From Mobula hypostoma (taxonomy: Eukaryota): 64,000 bases of DNA. Both the position numbers and the translations under genes were made by a program. The stretch spans positions 42,532,001 through 42,596,000 of the forward strand of contig NC_086112.1 of NCBI RefSeq assembly GCF_963921235.1, read 5' to 3'. This document shows, piece by piece, positions 25,701 through 39,170 of the stretch. The notes under the pieces were generated by a model. It made no database searches. It had not been told where the DNA came from and saw nothing but the letters and a program-made list of their open reading frames with translations. The first letter of the stretch is position 1, and every line of letters starts with the position of its first letter.

Positions 25701-28169
25701 ATTCTTAAGAAAGGAAAGAGCCCTGAAGATTGTGCCTCCTACAGGCCTATTTCATTGTTAAATGTTGACTTTAAAATCTTAACTAAAACCTTAGTGTTGC
25801 AATTAGAAACTGTTACCTTTTATCATGAAAGAGGATCAAATGGGTTTTGTAAAAGGCCGTAGATCATCTAACAATATCAGAAGATTACGTAATGTGATTC
25901 AGGCATGTCAGCAATGGGCAGTGGATGGCTTGGTGGTTTCCTTAGATGCACAAAAGGCCTTTGATCATGTCGAATGGTCGTATCTTTTTCTCACTTTAGA
26001 ACGAGTTGGTTTGGGCAATAATTTTATTAATTGGGTAGAGGTTCTTTATAAATACCCTTTGGCTGTGATCCTCACTAATGGTATTAGGTCGGATAATTTT
26101 AGTATTCTGAGGGGCATCCGGCAGGGCTGCCCTTTATCACCACTACTATTTACACTAGTGATCGAACCATTGGCTGAGGCTGTTCGGCGAGACCCCAAAG
26201 TATCTGCTCCAGGCATAGGACTCAAGTCACATAAAATTACATTGTATGCGGATGATGTTATAATTTTCTTATCAAACCCTGCTATATCAGTGCACCACCT
26301 TATACAATGCATCAATTCATTTAGCACCTTTTCAGGTTATAAAATCAACTTTACTAAATCAGAGGCTATGCCTCTGGGGAATGTGTAGCAGGTATCTGAC
26401 ACTCGGGGTGTTTTCCCCTTTAAATGGCCGCAGACAGGTTTTGTTTACTTAGGCATATTTATCACACCTACGTTTGATCAATTGTTCAAAGCCAACTTTA
26501 CACAGTTATTTGACAAAATCAAACAGGATCTTGAGCAATGGAGCACTCTTCCCATTTCTTGGCTTGGCCGAACATCCTTGCTCAAAGTGAACATTCCTCC
26601 TCGTCTGCTCTACCCAGTACGAATGATTCCAGTCATTTTTACCCAACAAATACTTTGAAAAAAAATGACTGGTTTGTTTCTTTCATCTGGAACAAAAAAA
26701 AGACCCTGCATTAAAATGTCTAAGTTACAGCCTCCCAGTAGTCTAGGGGGTCCGGATTTTCCAGACGTCAAAAAATATCAATTTTTTATCTTATGTGGTT
26801 GACTGGGTTTGCAGGGACCCCTCCTCAATTTGGCTAGACATTAAAGCTTCACAAGCAAAATGCCCTCTTATTAATTTGCTTTTCCTCAATAAGATGAAAC
26901 TAGTTAAGTAATATTGTCACAATCCAATAACAATTAATACAGTCAGGGCTTGGAGGTCAGTGCGACAAATTGAGGGCAACACAGTGAAAATATCACCCTT
27001 CATTCCAATAACTGGCAGTCCAGATTTTCAGCCTGGCATAATGGATTCTAGATTTAAACTTTGAATTTCTAAGGGTATTTTCCATCTTGGAGATTTGTTT
27101 GATGAAGGAATGATGATGTCGTTTAGTCAAATAGTACAGAAATTTAACATTCCCAACAAGGATCTTCGTTTCTTTCAGATAAGAGATTATATACAGAAAA
27201 AAACATCATTGTTAACTGATTTCTATAGTTCTGACATAGAAAATAGAGTGTTTTGTTCTAAGGGTGAAGTCTCCATCAGTACTTTTTACAGCATCCTGAG
27301 GGAATGTTCTTGTGGAGAGGCTGAGTAGCTGGGAAGGGTCTGGCAGGAAGAGTTGGGAGTAGAAATTGCAGCTGAAATATGGGAAGACATCTGTGATAAT
27401 GCAAAGAAAACTTCAGTTTGTAATAGAACTAAAGCACTGCAACTCAAAATTCTGCATAGAGCCAATCTGACTCCAAGTCATCTCTCGAAAATTAAGACTG
27501 GTTTCTCCAATGTGTTCTAAATGTAAAGTAAATACTGGAACTTCCACCCACTATTTTTGGACTTGTCCCAAACTTCAGGCATACTGGAGTGATATTTTGG
27601 GTCAAATAGAATTGATTCTGAAGATGGAGCTTGAACTGGACCCAGTGTCTTTTCTCTTAGGCTTACCCAACAGTCGTATTATTAATGCACATCAGAAAAA
27701 ACATTTTTAACATCCTAATTTTTTTTGTGCAAGGAAGAACATTTTACTTTGTTGGATATCCGATAAGGCCCCTGGACTTTTTGGTTGGTATTAATTAATC
27801 ATGGAATACATTCCTTTGGACTTTTTGACATGTATGGTACACTCAAAAACAAATAGTTTTCATAAAACAAGGCGACCTTTTCTGCAGTATGTAGATGTAA
27901 ACCTGTCTGCTATACTAATAAGGGCTTTTGTATAGGATGTTGGGGTGATGTCTATAGTTTGATGGAAGTTTTCTGATTGTTGATATCTGTGAGGGGAAGA
28001 AATGTAAATGTATCTGTAAATTGAAAGTTTTGTTATGCTGAGCAAAAAAAAATTTTAAAACTACATTTTAACGCTGCAAAATACATCTCGAGATAAAAAA
28101 ACTTAACTCTTGACATTGTTAATGATGTTATTGAAGGAGGAATAAATACTGTTCAGACTTCAAAAAAAA
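22796..28169 (+). mobile_element. Full-length L1-clade LINE (5.4 kb), inactivated
   Basis: TSD GACTGCTTAA at 22786-22795 and 28170-28179. ORF1 (RRENIRIIGLPEG) about 22900-23768; ORF2 from 24205 with LQETH, GGDFN, YRPISLLN, RQGCPLSP, LYADD and a Cys-rich C-terminus. AATAAA at 28141 plus an A8 tail. Many stops and frameshifts. Confidence 0.92.
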
Positions 28170-28699
28170 GACTGCTTAAAAAGGAGAGTGGGGTAAAGAG
28201 ACAAGACTGAAGTAACTAAAACACCTAAAGGTGCATTCTACTTGCATTGACAGAACATCGGCCAGTTCAACAAGAATACAGTTACATATTTTACTGTGCT
28301 TACTGTTATTTCATATGCTGTAGGCCTGTAGTTTGACTGTATTTGATCTCAAATTGGAAATAAGTCAGGAAGTGATAGTGTAGGCAATGCATCAAAACTG
28401 TTAAGAAATCAGATTACTTTCGATGTCAGTCTGCAGTGGCTGGATTGATGTGGGTATCTTCTGCTCCAGAGAAATGCATTATGAAAGGAAATGGGTGGCA
28501 AGGCAGCTAACCCCAGCTGAGACTTTCAAAAATGGAAGAGTTGCTATATGGCCCACCTTCCTAGTTTGAGAATTGATTTTTGTCAGCAAATATATTAGTT
28601 ATATTAATTATCATTGTATATTTGCAATTTAATAAATTGATCTCCATTGATGGAGAATGGACATGAAAGCACAGAGGAACATCTGGAGAAATTTCTGAA

Positions 28700-29172
28700 A
28701 TGCCCGTTCGCTGTTGGCGTTAATGTGTGGTAGGGAATCTTTCGGAGGGTAGGCCTCAAAATCCCCGGCCTTGCCTGCTTTTGGCGACCGAGAAGGAGGT
28801 CGAATCGTTCGGACAGAGATGGCACTCAGTACTCGGTGTTGGAGAGCTGATCAGAGCTCGAAGCTTTCGGATGACTCAGAGTCTGACTGTGGTCGGCATG
28901 GCAGGGAGAGTTTTTCTTCCTTCTCCCGTCTGTGTGAGATGTGGGACATTTGAGAAACTTTGAACTTTACTGTGCTCACGGACTTCATCAAGTTATGGTA
29001 TTGTTACACTGTTTGTAACTATATGTTATAATTATGTGGTTTTGTCAGTTTTTTCAGTCTTGGTTTGTCCTGTGTTTTGTGATATTACATCGGAGGAAAT
29101 AATGTATCATTTCTTAATGCATGCATTGTTAAATGACAATAAAAGAGGACTACGTGTCTTCATAATCATAAC
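28700..29172 (+). mobile_element. Short non-autonomous retroelement of the same family as 12896-13110
   Basis: Shares about 200 nt of 3' sequence (ataattatgtggttttgtcag...aaatgacaataaa...cataatc) with that copy. Confidence 0.55.
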
Positions 29173-30699
29173 ATTGCAGCACCCCATGTTTACCTTCACT
29201 GAAACACTCATTTACTGTTCATATGTACAATTATGCTGTCAGTAACAGAACTCCATTTAATTATGACTCCTTTTAAGTTAATGCAATTAGGATTCTCATT
29301 CTTGGGAAAATATTGTGACTGCTCAGGTAACTGTACATTTGCTGAGGAAACCAAACAAAATTAAACATCCTGCAATCATCAATAGTTATCCCCACTTGTG
29401 ATCTTAAAATGGAAGTGCTGTAGATTTATCACAACCTATTTTGGGATTGTTTCTGTGAATTCCAACAATGACTATAGAATATTAGAAATAATATCCAAGA
29501 TAAGTCTCTTGGGAAATGGTTCCAAAGTGATCAGGATTGTTATTTTGATTCATTTTTATTGTTAATGGCCATTAGAAACACCTGTTACTGTTTGCCCTGG
29601 TGATTCTATTTTAAGGGTTTTAATATCAAGGTTATAATTCGCAACCTCTTCACGGGGTGGGGGAGTACAAGTTGTCCATGTTTCACACTAATATCAGTGT
29701 TCTGCTGCAGAGTAAATGGTACAGAGGCACCTTTGGATTTTACAGCTTAGTTTACGATAATCCTTCAGCAAAATTAGTATTGTGGTGATGGATTAAAGAA
29801 ACCTCAAAAATTTAAATTATAACAATTACTTCCCCAACCCCATCTAAATTTTACACTCAAGAAGTCAATGGACATTTCTTTTACTGCTAAACTTCAATCT
29901 GTTAACGCAAACATTATTTGACTTTCCTGTTCTTACAAAATTGTATCACTTCACATTTAGCATTATTGAATTAAAATTCATTCTCCAATTGTGGACCCAT
30001 ATTTTCTAGTTTAATAATGTCTCCTGAATGTTATCAGTCCCCCTTTGTACTAATTACACCTCCCAATTTAGTGTCATCAAAGTTTGGAATAGTACTTATG
30101 ACTTTTGTATCCATATCAATCACATGAACAATACTGAACTCCCAACACTAATCACTTTTTCCTCAGGCTTTGCCTGTTTCATCAATAGCTACTCTTAATT
30201 TGTATTGTGTTCTAATTTTTTTTGCAGTGAGCTTGGTATCCATTCTGCTACTTATCCCCATTTCAGACACTTTGATCTTGTTAGTGGGGATCATTGGAAT
30301 CAGGCACATTGCTTCAACCATTTTGTACAGTTGAGGAGTTTCTACTCTGAAATGGCTGTGACTCTTTGGAATTCTCCACTACAGAAAGTCATGGAATATA
30401 TTCAAGGTGGAGATTGGCAGTCACTTGAAGTACAGGAATGTCAAGGGGCATTGAGGCCAAGATTGGAGATGCAGAAATTTGTGGGAGGAGATTTCAGGGA
30501 CTTCTGCTACTCTTGTTTCTAATGCTGTTAGATGAGTATATAATTTGGTTATTTTGTAAGATATTTTAAAAAATGCAAATAGATATTACAACTATTGTCT
30601 GCTCTTCCTGTAAGCCTAAGCTAATGAGAGAAGGTGGCATGTGGTATATATGTTGCAAAAGATGAGACTGGTTGAATGGTATTTATTATTTACAGAAAA

Positions 30700-31260
30700 T
30701 TTTATGTAATTGTTATAAAATCAATAATTGGCTTTTATTGTCACATATGATAAGGTACAGTTAAAATAATCTTGTTTTACATGCCATCCATACAGATAAT
30801 TTCAGTACATCAAGTAGTACAAGGGAAAAACAATAACAATGCAGAAAGTGGTGTTACAGTTGCAGAGAAAGTGCAGCACATTCAGTAAGATGCATGCCAT
30901 GACAAGGTAAATTGTAAAGTGAAGAGTTCATCTTATCATTTAAGAGCCGCATTCAGTATTCTTATAACAGTCAAATAGAAGCTGTTCTTGAGCCTGGAGG
31001 TACATGCTTTCAGGCTTTTGTACATTCTGCCTGATAGAAGGGGGAAGAAAGAATCTCTGGGATTGTGTTGTCTGCTTTTCCAAGGCAGTGAGAAGTATAC
31101 AGACTTTATGGAAGAAAAGTTGCACTTATTTGTGGTCTTGAGCAGAGTAGTTGGCAAATGAGGCCATAATGTATCTGGATAGGATGCTTTCTGTGGTAGA
31201 TCTACAAAATTGGAGAGTGCCTATTTCCTTGGCCTCCTTAGGAAGTAGAGGAAATGGTGA
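30700..31260 (-). mobile_element. Rex1/L2-like LINE 3' fragment
   Basis: Reverse strand LLSGRMYKSLKACTSRLKNSFY, homologous to 13600-13700. Confidence 0.6.
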
Positions 31261-31989
31261 TATAATGGTATCAGTGGGTCTAGAACTGATCCTTGGGCAA
31301 TGTCTGCTGTAACATTGCTCCAGTCTGGTAAGCAATCTTTCAATACTGCTAATGTGAGTAATAGACAATTCTACATTTTTCAATTTCCTTCTTCAAATGG
31401 AATTCATATTTCAAGAACACAATACTGATTTTGAACTTTTGCTCATATGATGTGGTGTCATGTATTCTTCCTCAATATCAGCATGTTGGAGTTCGTCCTA
31501 GATACAGATGCTACAGAATCTTTTTAAGCATTTAGTAATTGCCCAAGTAACAAATGTCTTTTGTTATATCTATTGTTTTGTCAGGATCTGGGCATTGCTT
31601 GCAAAGCACTTATGGCCCATTCTTAATTGCCTTTAAATGTGGTGAACTATTTTCTTGAGGCACAGTCCCTCTGGTAAAAAGCACTCACTGTTGCTGCTTC
31701 AGGGTTTAGCCCCTGGGACCATGAATGAGTGATGTTGATATATTTCTGATTTTGGGGTGGTATATGACTTAGAGGGGAAAATGCAGATGAGATGCTCTCT
31801 TGTCCTCCTTAGTAGTAGAACTTCCTGATTTGGGTGACCCTGCAGAAGCAGCCCAAGTACACAACAGTAGTGCATTTCTGTATGATATACACAGCAACAG
31901 CATTGATGGTGCTTGTCACCCTTAGCCTTAATGTTCTCTTCCTGAATGCAGGTTTGGGCTTCATTATGAACAAGGAATTGAACAATCAT

Positions 31990-34330
31990 AGAAACCATAG
32001 AAAAACTACAGCACAGAACCAGGCCTTTTGGCCCTTCTTGGCTCTGCCGAACCATTTTCTGCCTAGTCCCACTGACCTGCACACGGGCCATATCCCTCCA
32101 TACACCTCACATCCATATATCTGTCCAATTTATTCTTAAACGTTAAAAAAGAACCCGCATTTACCACCTCGTCTGGTAGCTCATTCCACACTCCCACCAC
32201 TCTCTGTGTGAAGAAGCCCCCCTTAATGTTCCCTTTAAAGTTTTCCCCCTTCACCCTTAACCCATGTCCTCTGGGTTTTTTTTTCTCCCCTTGCCTCAGT
32301 GGAAAAAGCCTGCTTGCATTCACTGTATCTATACCCATCATAATTTTATATACCTTTATCAAATCTCCCCTCATTTTTCTACGCTCCAGGGAATAAAGTC
32401 CTAACCTATCCAACCTTTCTCTGTAACTCACTTTCTCAAGTCCCGTCAACATCCTTGTAAACCTTCTCTGCACTTTTTCAACCTTATTAATATCCTTCCT
32501 GTAATTTGGTGACCAAAACTGAACACAATATTCCAGATTCAGCCTCACCAATGCCTTATACAACCTCATCATAACATTCCAGCTCTTATACTCAGTACTT
32601 TGATTAATAAACGCCAATGTACCAAAAGCTCTCTTTATGACCCTATCTACCTGTGATGCCACTTTTAGGGAATGTTGTATCTGTATTCGCAGATCCCTCT
32701 GTTCTACTGCACTCCTCAGTGCCTTACCAATTACCCTGTATGTTCAACCTTGGTTTGTCCTTCCAAAGTGCAATACCTCACACTTGTCTGTATTAAACTC
32801 TTTCTTTCTTTTTAAATCTTTTTATTAAATAAGTATACAAAAGGTAAACCATATAAGCACTAATACACTGTTAGAAATTACAGGAGATATTAATACAGAA
32901 AAAAATTATTACAAACAGTGCAGTTTAAACATGAAATAATAAGGTAAAATAATAGTATACTGATTTTATATATATATATATATATATCAATAGAGAAAAG
33001 GGAAAAAAACCCCAAAAAAACCCACCGTGCAACTAAACTAAAAGCAAAGCAAAGCAATGGGCTAACTTGGAAACAGGTAGAGTTAAAAAACTTAAAATCA
33101 CGTCCTCAAACCCGACCTCCATTAAAAACAGTTAAAAAAAAAGCAAGAAGGGAATATAAATATGAAACAAAAGAGAAAAAAAATTACATTAAATGAAAAT
33201 ATTGAATAAAAGATCTCCAGGTCTGTTCAAATTTAAATGAGAAATCATAAAGATTACTTCTAATTTTCTCCAAATTTAAGCATAATATCATCTGGGAGAA
33301 CCAAAAAAAGGTAGTTGGAGCATTAGACTCTTTCCAATGTTGTGAGATACATCTTTTCGCCATTAAAGTAAGAAAAGCAATCATTCTACGGGCTGAAGGG
33401 AAAAGATTACTGGAAATTTTAGGTAATCCAAAGATAGCAGTATTAGGATGAGGAGAGATATCTATATTCAATACCTTTGAGATAATATTAAAAATGTCTC
33501 TCCAAAAAGTTTCCAGAGTAGGACAAGACCAAAACATATGAGTTAAGGAAGCTATCTGCCCTGGACATCTATCACAAAAAGGATTAATATGAGAATAAAA
33601 ATGAGCTAATTTATCTTTGGACATATGTGCTCTATGAACAACTTTAAATTGAATTAGGGAATGTTTAGCACAGATAGAGGAAGTATTGACTAATTGTAAA
33701 ATCTGCCCCCAGTCATCCACGGAAATAATAGAACCCAATTCTTGCTTCCAATCTGACCTAATCTTATCAAATGGAGCTTTCCTAAGTTTCATAATAATAT
33801 TATAAATAATAGTCGTTGCACCTTTCTGACATGGATTAAGGTTAATTATAGTATCTAAAATATATGTAGGAGGAAGCATTGGAAAGGAAGAAAGTATAGT
33901 ACTTAGGAAATTTCTAACTTGAAGATATCTAAAAAAATGTATTCTTGGTAAATTATATTTATTAGATAATTGTTCAAAAGACATAAGGGAACCATCTAAA
34001 AATAAATCCAAAAACCGTGAAATACCTGTATTAAACTCCATCTGCCATTTTTCAGCCCATTTTTCCAGCTGGTCCAAATCCCTCCGCAAGCTTTGAAAAC
34101 CTTCCTCACTGTCCACTACACCTCCAATCTTTGTATCATCAGCAAATTTGCTGATCCAGTTTACCACATTATCATCCAGATCATTGATATAGATGACAAA
34201 TGACAATGGACCCAGCACTGATCCCTGTGGCACACCACTAGTCACAGGCCTCCACTCTGATAAGCAATCCTCTACTACCACTCTTTGGCTTCTTCCATTG
34301 AGCCAATGTCTAATCCAATTTACCACCTCT
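31990..34330 (-). mobile_element. 5'-truncated CR1 split by an L1 insertion
   Basis: GVPQGSVLGP...KFADDTKIGG (34326-34039) continues at 32787-32063 with LEYCVQFWSP. Confidence 0.9.
32801..34025 (-). mobile_element. 5'-truncated L1-clade element nested in CR1
   Basis: 13-bp TSD CTGTATTAAACTC at 32788-32800 and 34026-34038. Open ORF2 C-terminus with CDRC...HMFWSC. AATAAA at 32826-32821 and an A-rich tail. Confidence 0.88.
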
Positions 34331-34332
34331 CC

Positions 34333-36050
34333 AGTCTCACCAATGGAAACAACTTTCCTACTTCTATCTTATCTATCCCTTTCAAAATTTTGTATGTTTC
34401 TATAAGAGCCCCTCTCATTCATCTGAATTCCAGACAGAATAGTCCCAGGCAACTCAATCTCTCCTCATAGGTTAACTACTTCATCCCTGGAATCAAGCCA
34501 GTATATCCTTTCTCAAGTATGGAGACCAGAACTGTACACAGTACTGGAGGTGTGGCCTCACCAGTACCCTGTATAGTTGCAGCATGACCTCCCTGCTCTT
34601 GAATTCAATCCCTCTAGCAATGAATGCCAACATTCCATTTGCCTTCTTAATAACCTGTTGTACCTGCAAGCCAACTTTTTGTGATTCATGAACAAGCACT
34701 CCCAAGTCCCTCTGCACAACAGCATGCTGCAATCTTTCACCATTTAAATAATAATCTTCTCTTCCATTCCTTCCAAAGTGGATGATCTTGCATTTACCAA
34801 CATTGTATTCCATCTGCCAGACCTTGGCCCACTCACTTAACATATCTATATCCCTCTGCAGACTCTCCACATCCTCTGTACAATTTGCTTTCCCACTCAT
34901 TTTAGTGTCATCAACAAATTTTGCTACGCACTCAGTCTCCTCTTCCAAATCATCAATGTAAGTTGTGAACAACTGTGGGCCCAGCACCGACCTCTGCGGC
35001 ACCCCACTCACCACTGACTGCCAATTGTAGAAACATCCATTTATACCAACACTCACAACACGCCGGAGGAACTCAGCAGGTCGGGCAGCATCTGTGGAAA
35101 TGATCAGTCAACATTTTGGGCCGGAACATTGATCGTTTCCACGGATGCTGCTCAACCTGCTGAGTTCCTCCAGCGTGTTGTGAGTGTTGCTTTGACCCCA
35201 GCATCTGCAGGGTATTTTGTGTTTACCCATTTATACCAACTTTCTGCCTTCTATTGGTTAACTATCCATGCTAACACAGTTCCTCTGACTCCATACATCT
35301 GTATCTTATTTATAAGTCTCCTGTACACCTTATCGAATGCCTTCTGGAAATTCAAGTATACAACATCCACCTGTTCCCCTCTATCCACTGCACTCATTAT
35401 GTCCTCAAAGAACTCCAGTAAGTTTGTCAAACAGGACCTGCCCTCTCTGAATCACTGCTGTGTCTGTCTAACGGAACCACTCCTTTCTAAATGTTTCGCT
35501 ATTTCTTCCTTAATAACAACTTCAAGCATTTTCCCAACTACAGATGTTAAACTAACAGGCCTATAGTTGCCTGCCTTTTGCCTACATCCTTTTTTAAAAA
35601 GTGGCTTGACATTTACTGTCTTCCAATCCACCGGGATCTGCCCAGAGTCTAGAGAGTTTTGATAAATGATTGCCAATGCATCTACTATAACCTCCGCCAA
35701 TTTCTTCAGCACCCTGGGATGCATCCCATCAGCACCAGGGGATTTATCTACCTTCAGACCCTCTAGTTTGCTCATCACTATCTCTTTAGTGACAGTGAAT
35801 TTATCGAGGCCCTCACCTCCCATTTCATCCATAACATCCTTCTTTGGCATATTAGATGTGTCCTCCACTGTGAAGACTGACACAAAACAGTCGTTCAATG
35901 CCTCAGCCATTTCCTTATCACCCAATATCAATTTCCCCTTCTCGTCTTCCAAGGGACCTACGTTGACTTTAGCCACCCTCTTGTGCTTTATGTATTTATA
36001 AAAAAAACTTTTGCTATCTGGTTTTATATTTTGTGCAAATTTGCTGAACT
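34333..36050 (-). mobile_element. Second CR1 subfamily copy (RT), internally deleted
   Basis: ORFs 35452-35976 (KSPGADGMHP, NYRPVSL) and 34493-35056 (GVPQRSVLGP, KFVDDT). Confidence 0.85.
35051..35226. mobile_element. Fold-back Penelope-derived element with 14-bp TSD
   Basis: TSD CCATTTATACCAAC at 35037-35050 and 35227-35240; about 60-bp inverted arms; inserted inside CR1 RT sequence. Confidence 0.85.
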
Positions 36051-36764
36051 ATTCCAATACCTTCTGCTTTTATTTCTGATTTACAACAACCTTTTGCTCC
36101 AATCATACTTTAGCTTGTTCATCTTTTTTAAAATTTCCATTGTATGGTAGCTTTTGAGATGTGATGCAACCTTACAACCACATGGTGTCATCACCACATT
36201 ATCAAGTTATGTGTTGCTCAAGTTTGTTTATTGTTATCTGTCTGTACCTATATACAGTATAACCAAATGAAACAACATTCCTCCAGATCCACAATACATA
36301 TATCACTTACAGCACTAAAGAAAATATTACCACAAATAAGTAAATAAAATAAAATGCAAAATGCATGCAGTGTACCGCACAGGTAAACAGCAGACAGTAA
36401 ACAATAAATGAAGTGGATACACTAAAGATTAAATAATTTTAAATCAGAGTGTTGTGCCATCCTTGACACTGAGAAAAAAAAACAATTCTAATTGATTAAA
36501 CTGCATTGTCTAAATTACAAGATTGCACTGATATTGGAATATGCAATACGGAATAATAACCAGATACACAAGCTGTTGAATGGTACCCATTTGTCTTGAT
36601 ATTTATGGCTCATCTGAAATACTATAAACAGCCATCAGGTTAATTAAATAATCCATGAAAAACTATCAGTGAATCACCTACCAATCCATTGGTATTCTGA
36701 CATATTTCCAAAAGTTATTTTTCTCTAAGTGGAATAAAGTCCCCACATTTACAATTAAAAAATA

Positions 36765-38245
36765 AACAAAAATGTTGGGATATACAGCAGTTCAGGCAGC
36801 ATCTGTGGAGGAGGAAAGAATTAATGTTTCAGGGTAAAAATCTTTTTTAGGAAACTTAACAAAAGATCATGGATATGTAATGGACTAAGATGTAGCCATG
36901 TGCATCCACATGAGACCCAGTTATGCTAGCCTTTTTGTTGGCTATCTGAAACAGTTCATATTCCAAGCCTTCATTGGTAAAGCTCCCTTACTCTCTCTGT
37001 GCTACTTACTGCATGTTAAGTGTATTGTATGTAGGTTGCTTCATGAACATACGCTAAGCTCGGCAACTACATCATCTTTACCTCCAGCTTCCACACTGCC
37101 TTTCAATTCACTTGGTTCATTTCTAATACCTCTCTCCCCTTCCTCAATCTCTGTCTCCAACTTGGGGGGGGGGGGCCCAAACTCTATGAATTTCCTTTAT
37201 AAACCTCCCGACTCCCAAAGCTATTTTTTCCCATTGTCTCCTGTAAAAATGCCATTCCTTTTTCTCAGTTCCATTGTCTCTGCAACATCTGTTCCCAAAA
37301 TGAGGCTTTCCTTTTCAGGACAGCAGCAATGTCTCCTTTAAAATTACAGGGTTTCCCTTCCTGCAACATTGATGCTGTCCTCACCCACATATCCATTTTC
37401 TGGACATCTGTCATCACCCCATCTTCTCATCCCCTTAACAGGCATAGAGTTCTTCTTGTCCTCACTTATCAGCCCATGAGCCTGGGCATCCAACACATCA
37501 TCCTCTGCAACTTCTACCATCTTCAATGGGATCCTACCCACGCCCCCCCCCCCCCACCCAACTCTCCATTTACTTCAGGGATCACTACATCCGTGATTCT
37601 ATTATCCATTTGTTTCTCCTCAATAAAATCCCACCTGGAACTCAAATCCTAAAAGCAGAAGTGCTACATGTGCCCATCCACTTTCTCCCTCACTTCCATT
37701 CCAGGCCCTAGAACAGTCCTCCCAGGGAACCCAACACAAATTGGGGGACTGCTTTGTAGATTACCTTCACTCCATCCACAAGAAGCAGAGCTTCCCATTG
37801 GCCAACTATTTTAATTCCTATCCCACTCCTGTTCTGACATATTGGTCCATGATCTCCCTATTGATGAGGCCACTCTCAGGTTGGAGGAGCAACATCTCAT
37901 TTGTCTAGGTAGTCTCTAACCTGATGGCATGAATATTTCTCTAATATCCAGTAATTTTCACCTCCCCATTCCATACTCTGGCTCCCTTTTTACCACTTCT
38001 CTTCTCCTGACCTCTCACCCTCCTCCCCTTTCTCCCATGGTCCACTGTCCTCTTCTAACAGATTCTTTCTTCAGCCCTTTATCTTTTCCACTCCCAGCTT
38101 CTCTCTTCATCCTCTTCCCCCACCCACCCGATTTCACGTATCACATTCTTGCATGTACTTCTCCCCATCCCCTTTCCTTTCCAGTTGACTATTTATTTCC
38201 ATTGATGCTGCCTGGTCAGCTTAATTCCTTCAGCATTTTGTATCT
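36765..38245 (+). mobile_element. Degraded Penelope-like element preceded by an inverted terminal repeat (36765-36845)
   Basis: VAM..MRPSYASLFVGY (RT), RVLLVLTY.P, GSL*PDGMN (GIY-YIG end), then the family 3' repeat. Confidence 0.7.
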
Positions 38246-38544
38246 TATTCTAATGTTTACATGAACTTTATTTCTAGTTTACCAGTGCATTTTTTTTTTT
38301 GCTTACCGACTTGGGCCTTATGCACAGCCAGCCTTTCACGATCTCCTACGCACTTTACACCCAATGACAATTATCATAAGGACACAAGAAATAGGATCAT
38401 AGAATTCAGGACAAATCCAATCCAACTAATTTATCATTGACCCCACTTTCAATCATTAGCAAAGTAGAAATATTTTGAAATAACCTTTTCAGTGATGGCC
38501 ATTATTGAATAAGTATGTTAATGACCTTCTCACAGATATCCTTT

Positions 38545-39170
38545 TTGGGGCTTGACAACAGGAGGAAACCAGAGGTCCATGAGTCAGTCCACATCAGGGA
38601 CTCAGAGGTAGAGGATCAACAATTTTAAATTCCTTGGCCTGATCATTTCAGAGGATCTGTTCTGCGTCCAGCGCACAAGTGCTATTACAAAGAAAGCATG
38701 GCAGCACCATGTGCAGTCTCAGCATGTCATCTAAAACTGATGAATTTCTATTGATGTGCGGCAGAGAGTATACTAACTGGTTGCATCATGACCTGCTGTG
38801 GAAACAGCCAATGCCACTGAACAGAAAAAAACCCACAAAAAGTAGTGGATACTACTAATCCATCACAGTACATTCCTCCCCACCACTGAGCACATCTGTC
38901 ACAGGTAAGCAGCATCCATCATCAAGGACCCCAAACATCCAGGCCGTGTTCTCTCCTCACTGCTACCATCAGGAAGGAGGTACAGGAGCCTCAAGACCCA
39001 CACCGCCAGTATTTTAAAATTTCATTTTCTATTTGCAACTTGCCTTTTACACAATGTTTATCTGGTGTGTGTTCTTTCATGGATTCTATTTTCTTTGTAT
39101 TTACTGTAAATGCCTGCCAGAAAATGAACCTCAGGGTTGTATATGGTGATATATAGGTACTTTGAACTTG
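38545..39170 (+). mobile_element. Rex1/L2-like LINE 3' fragment
   Basis: Homologous to 13200-13700. Confidence 0.65.
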
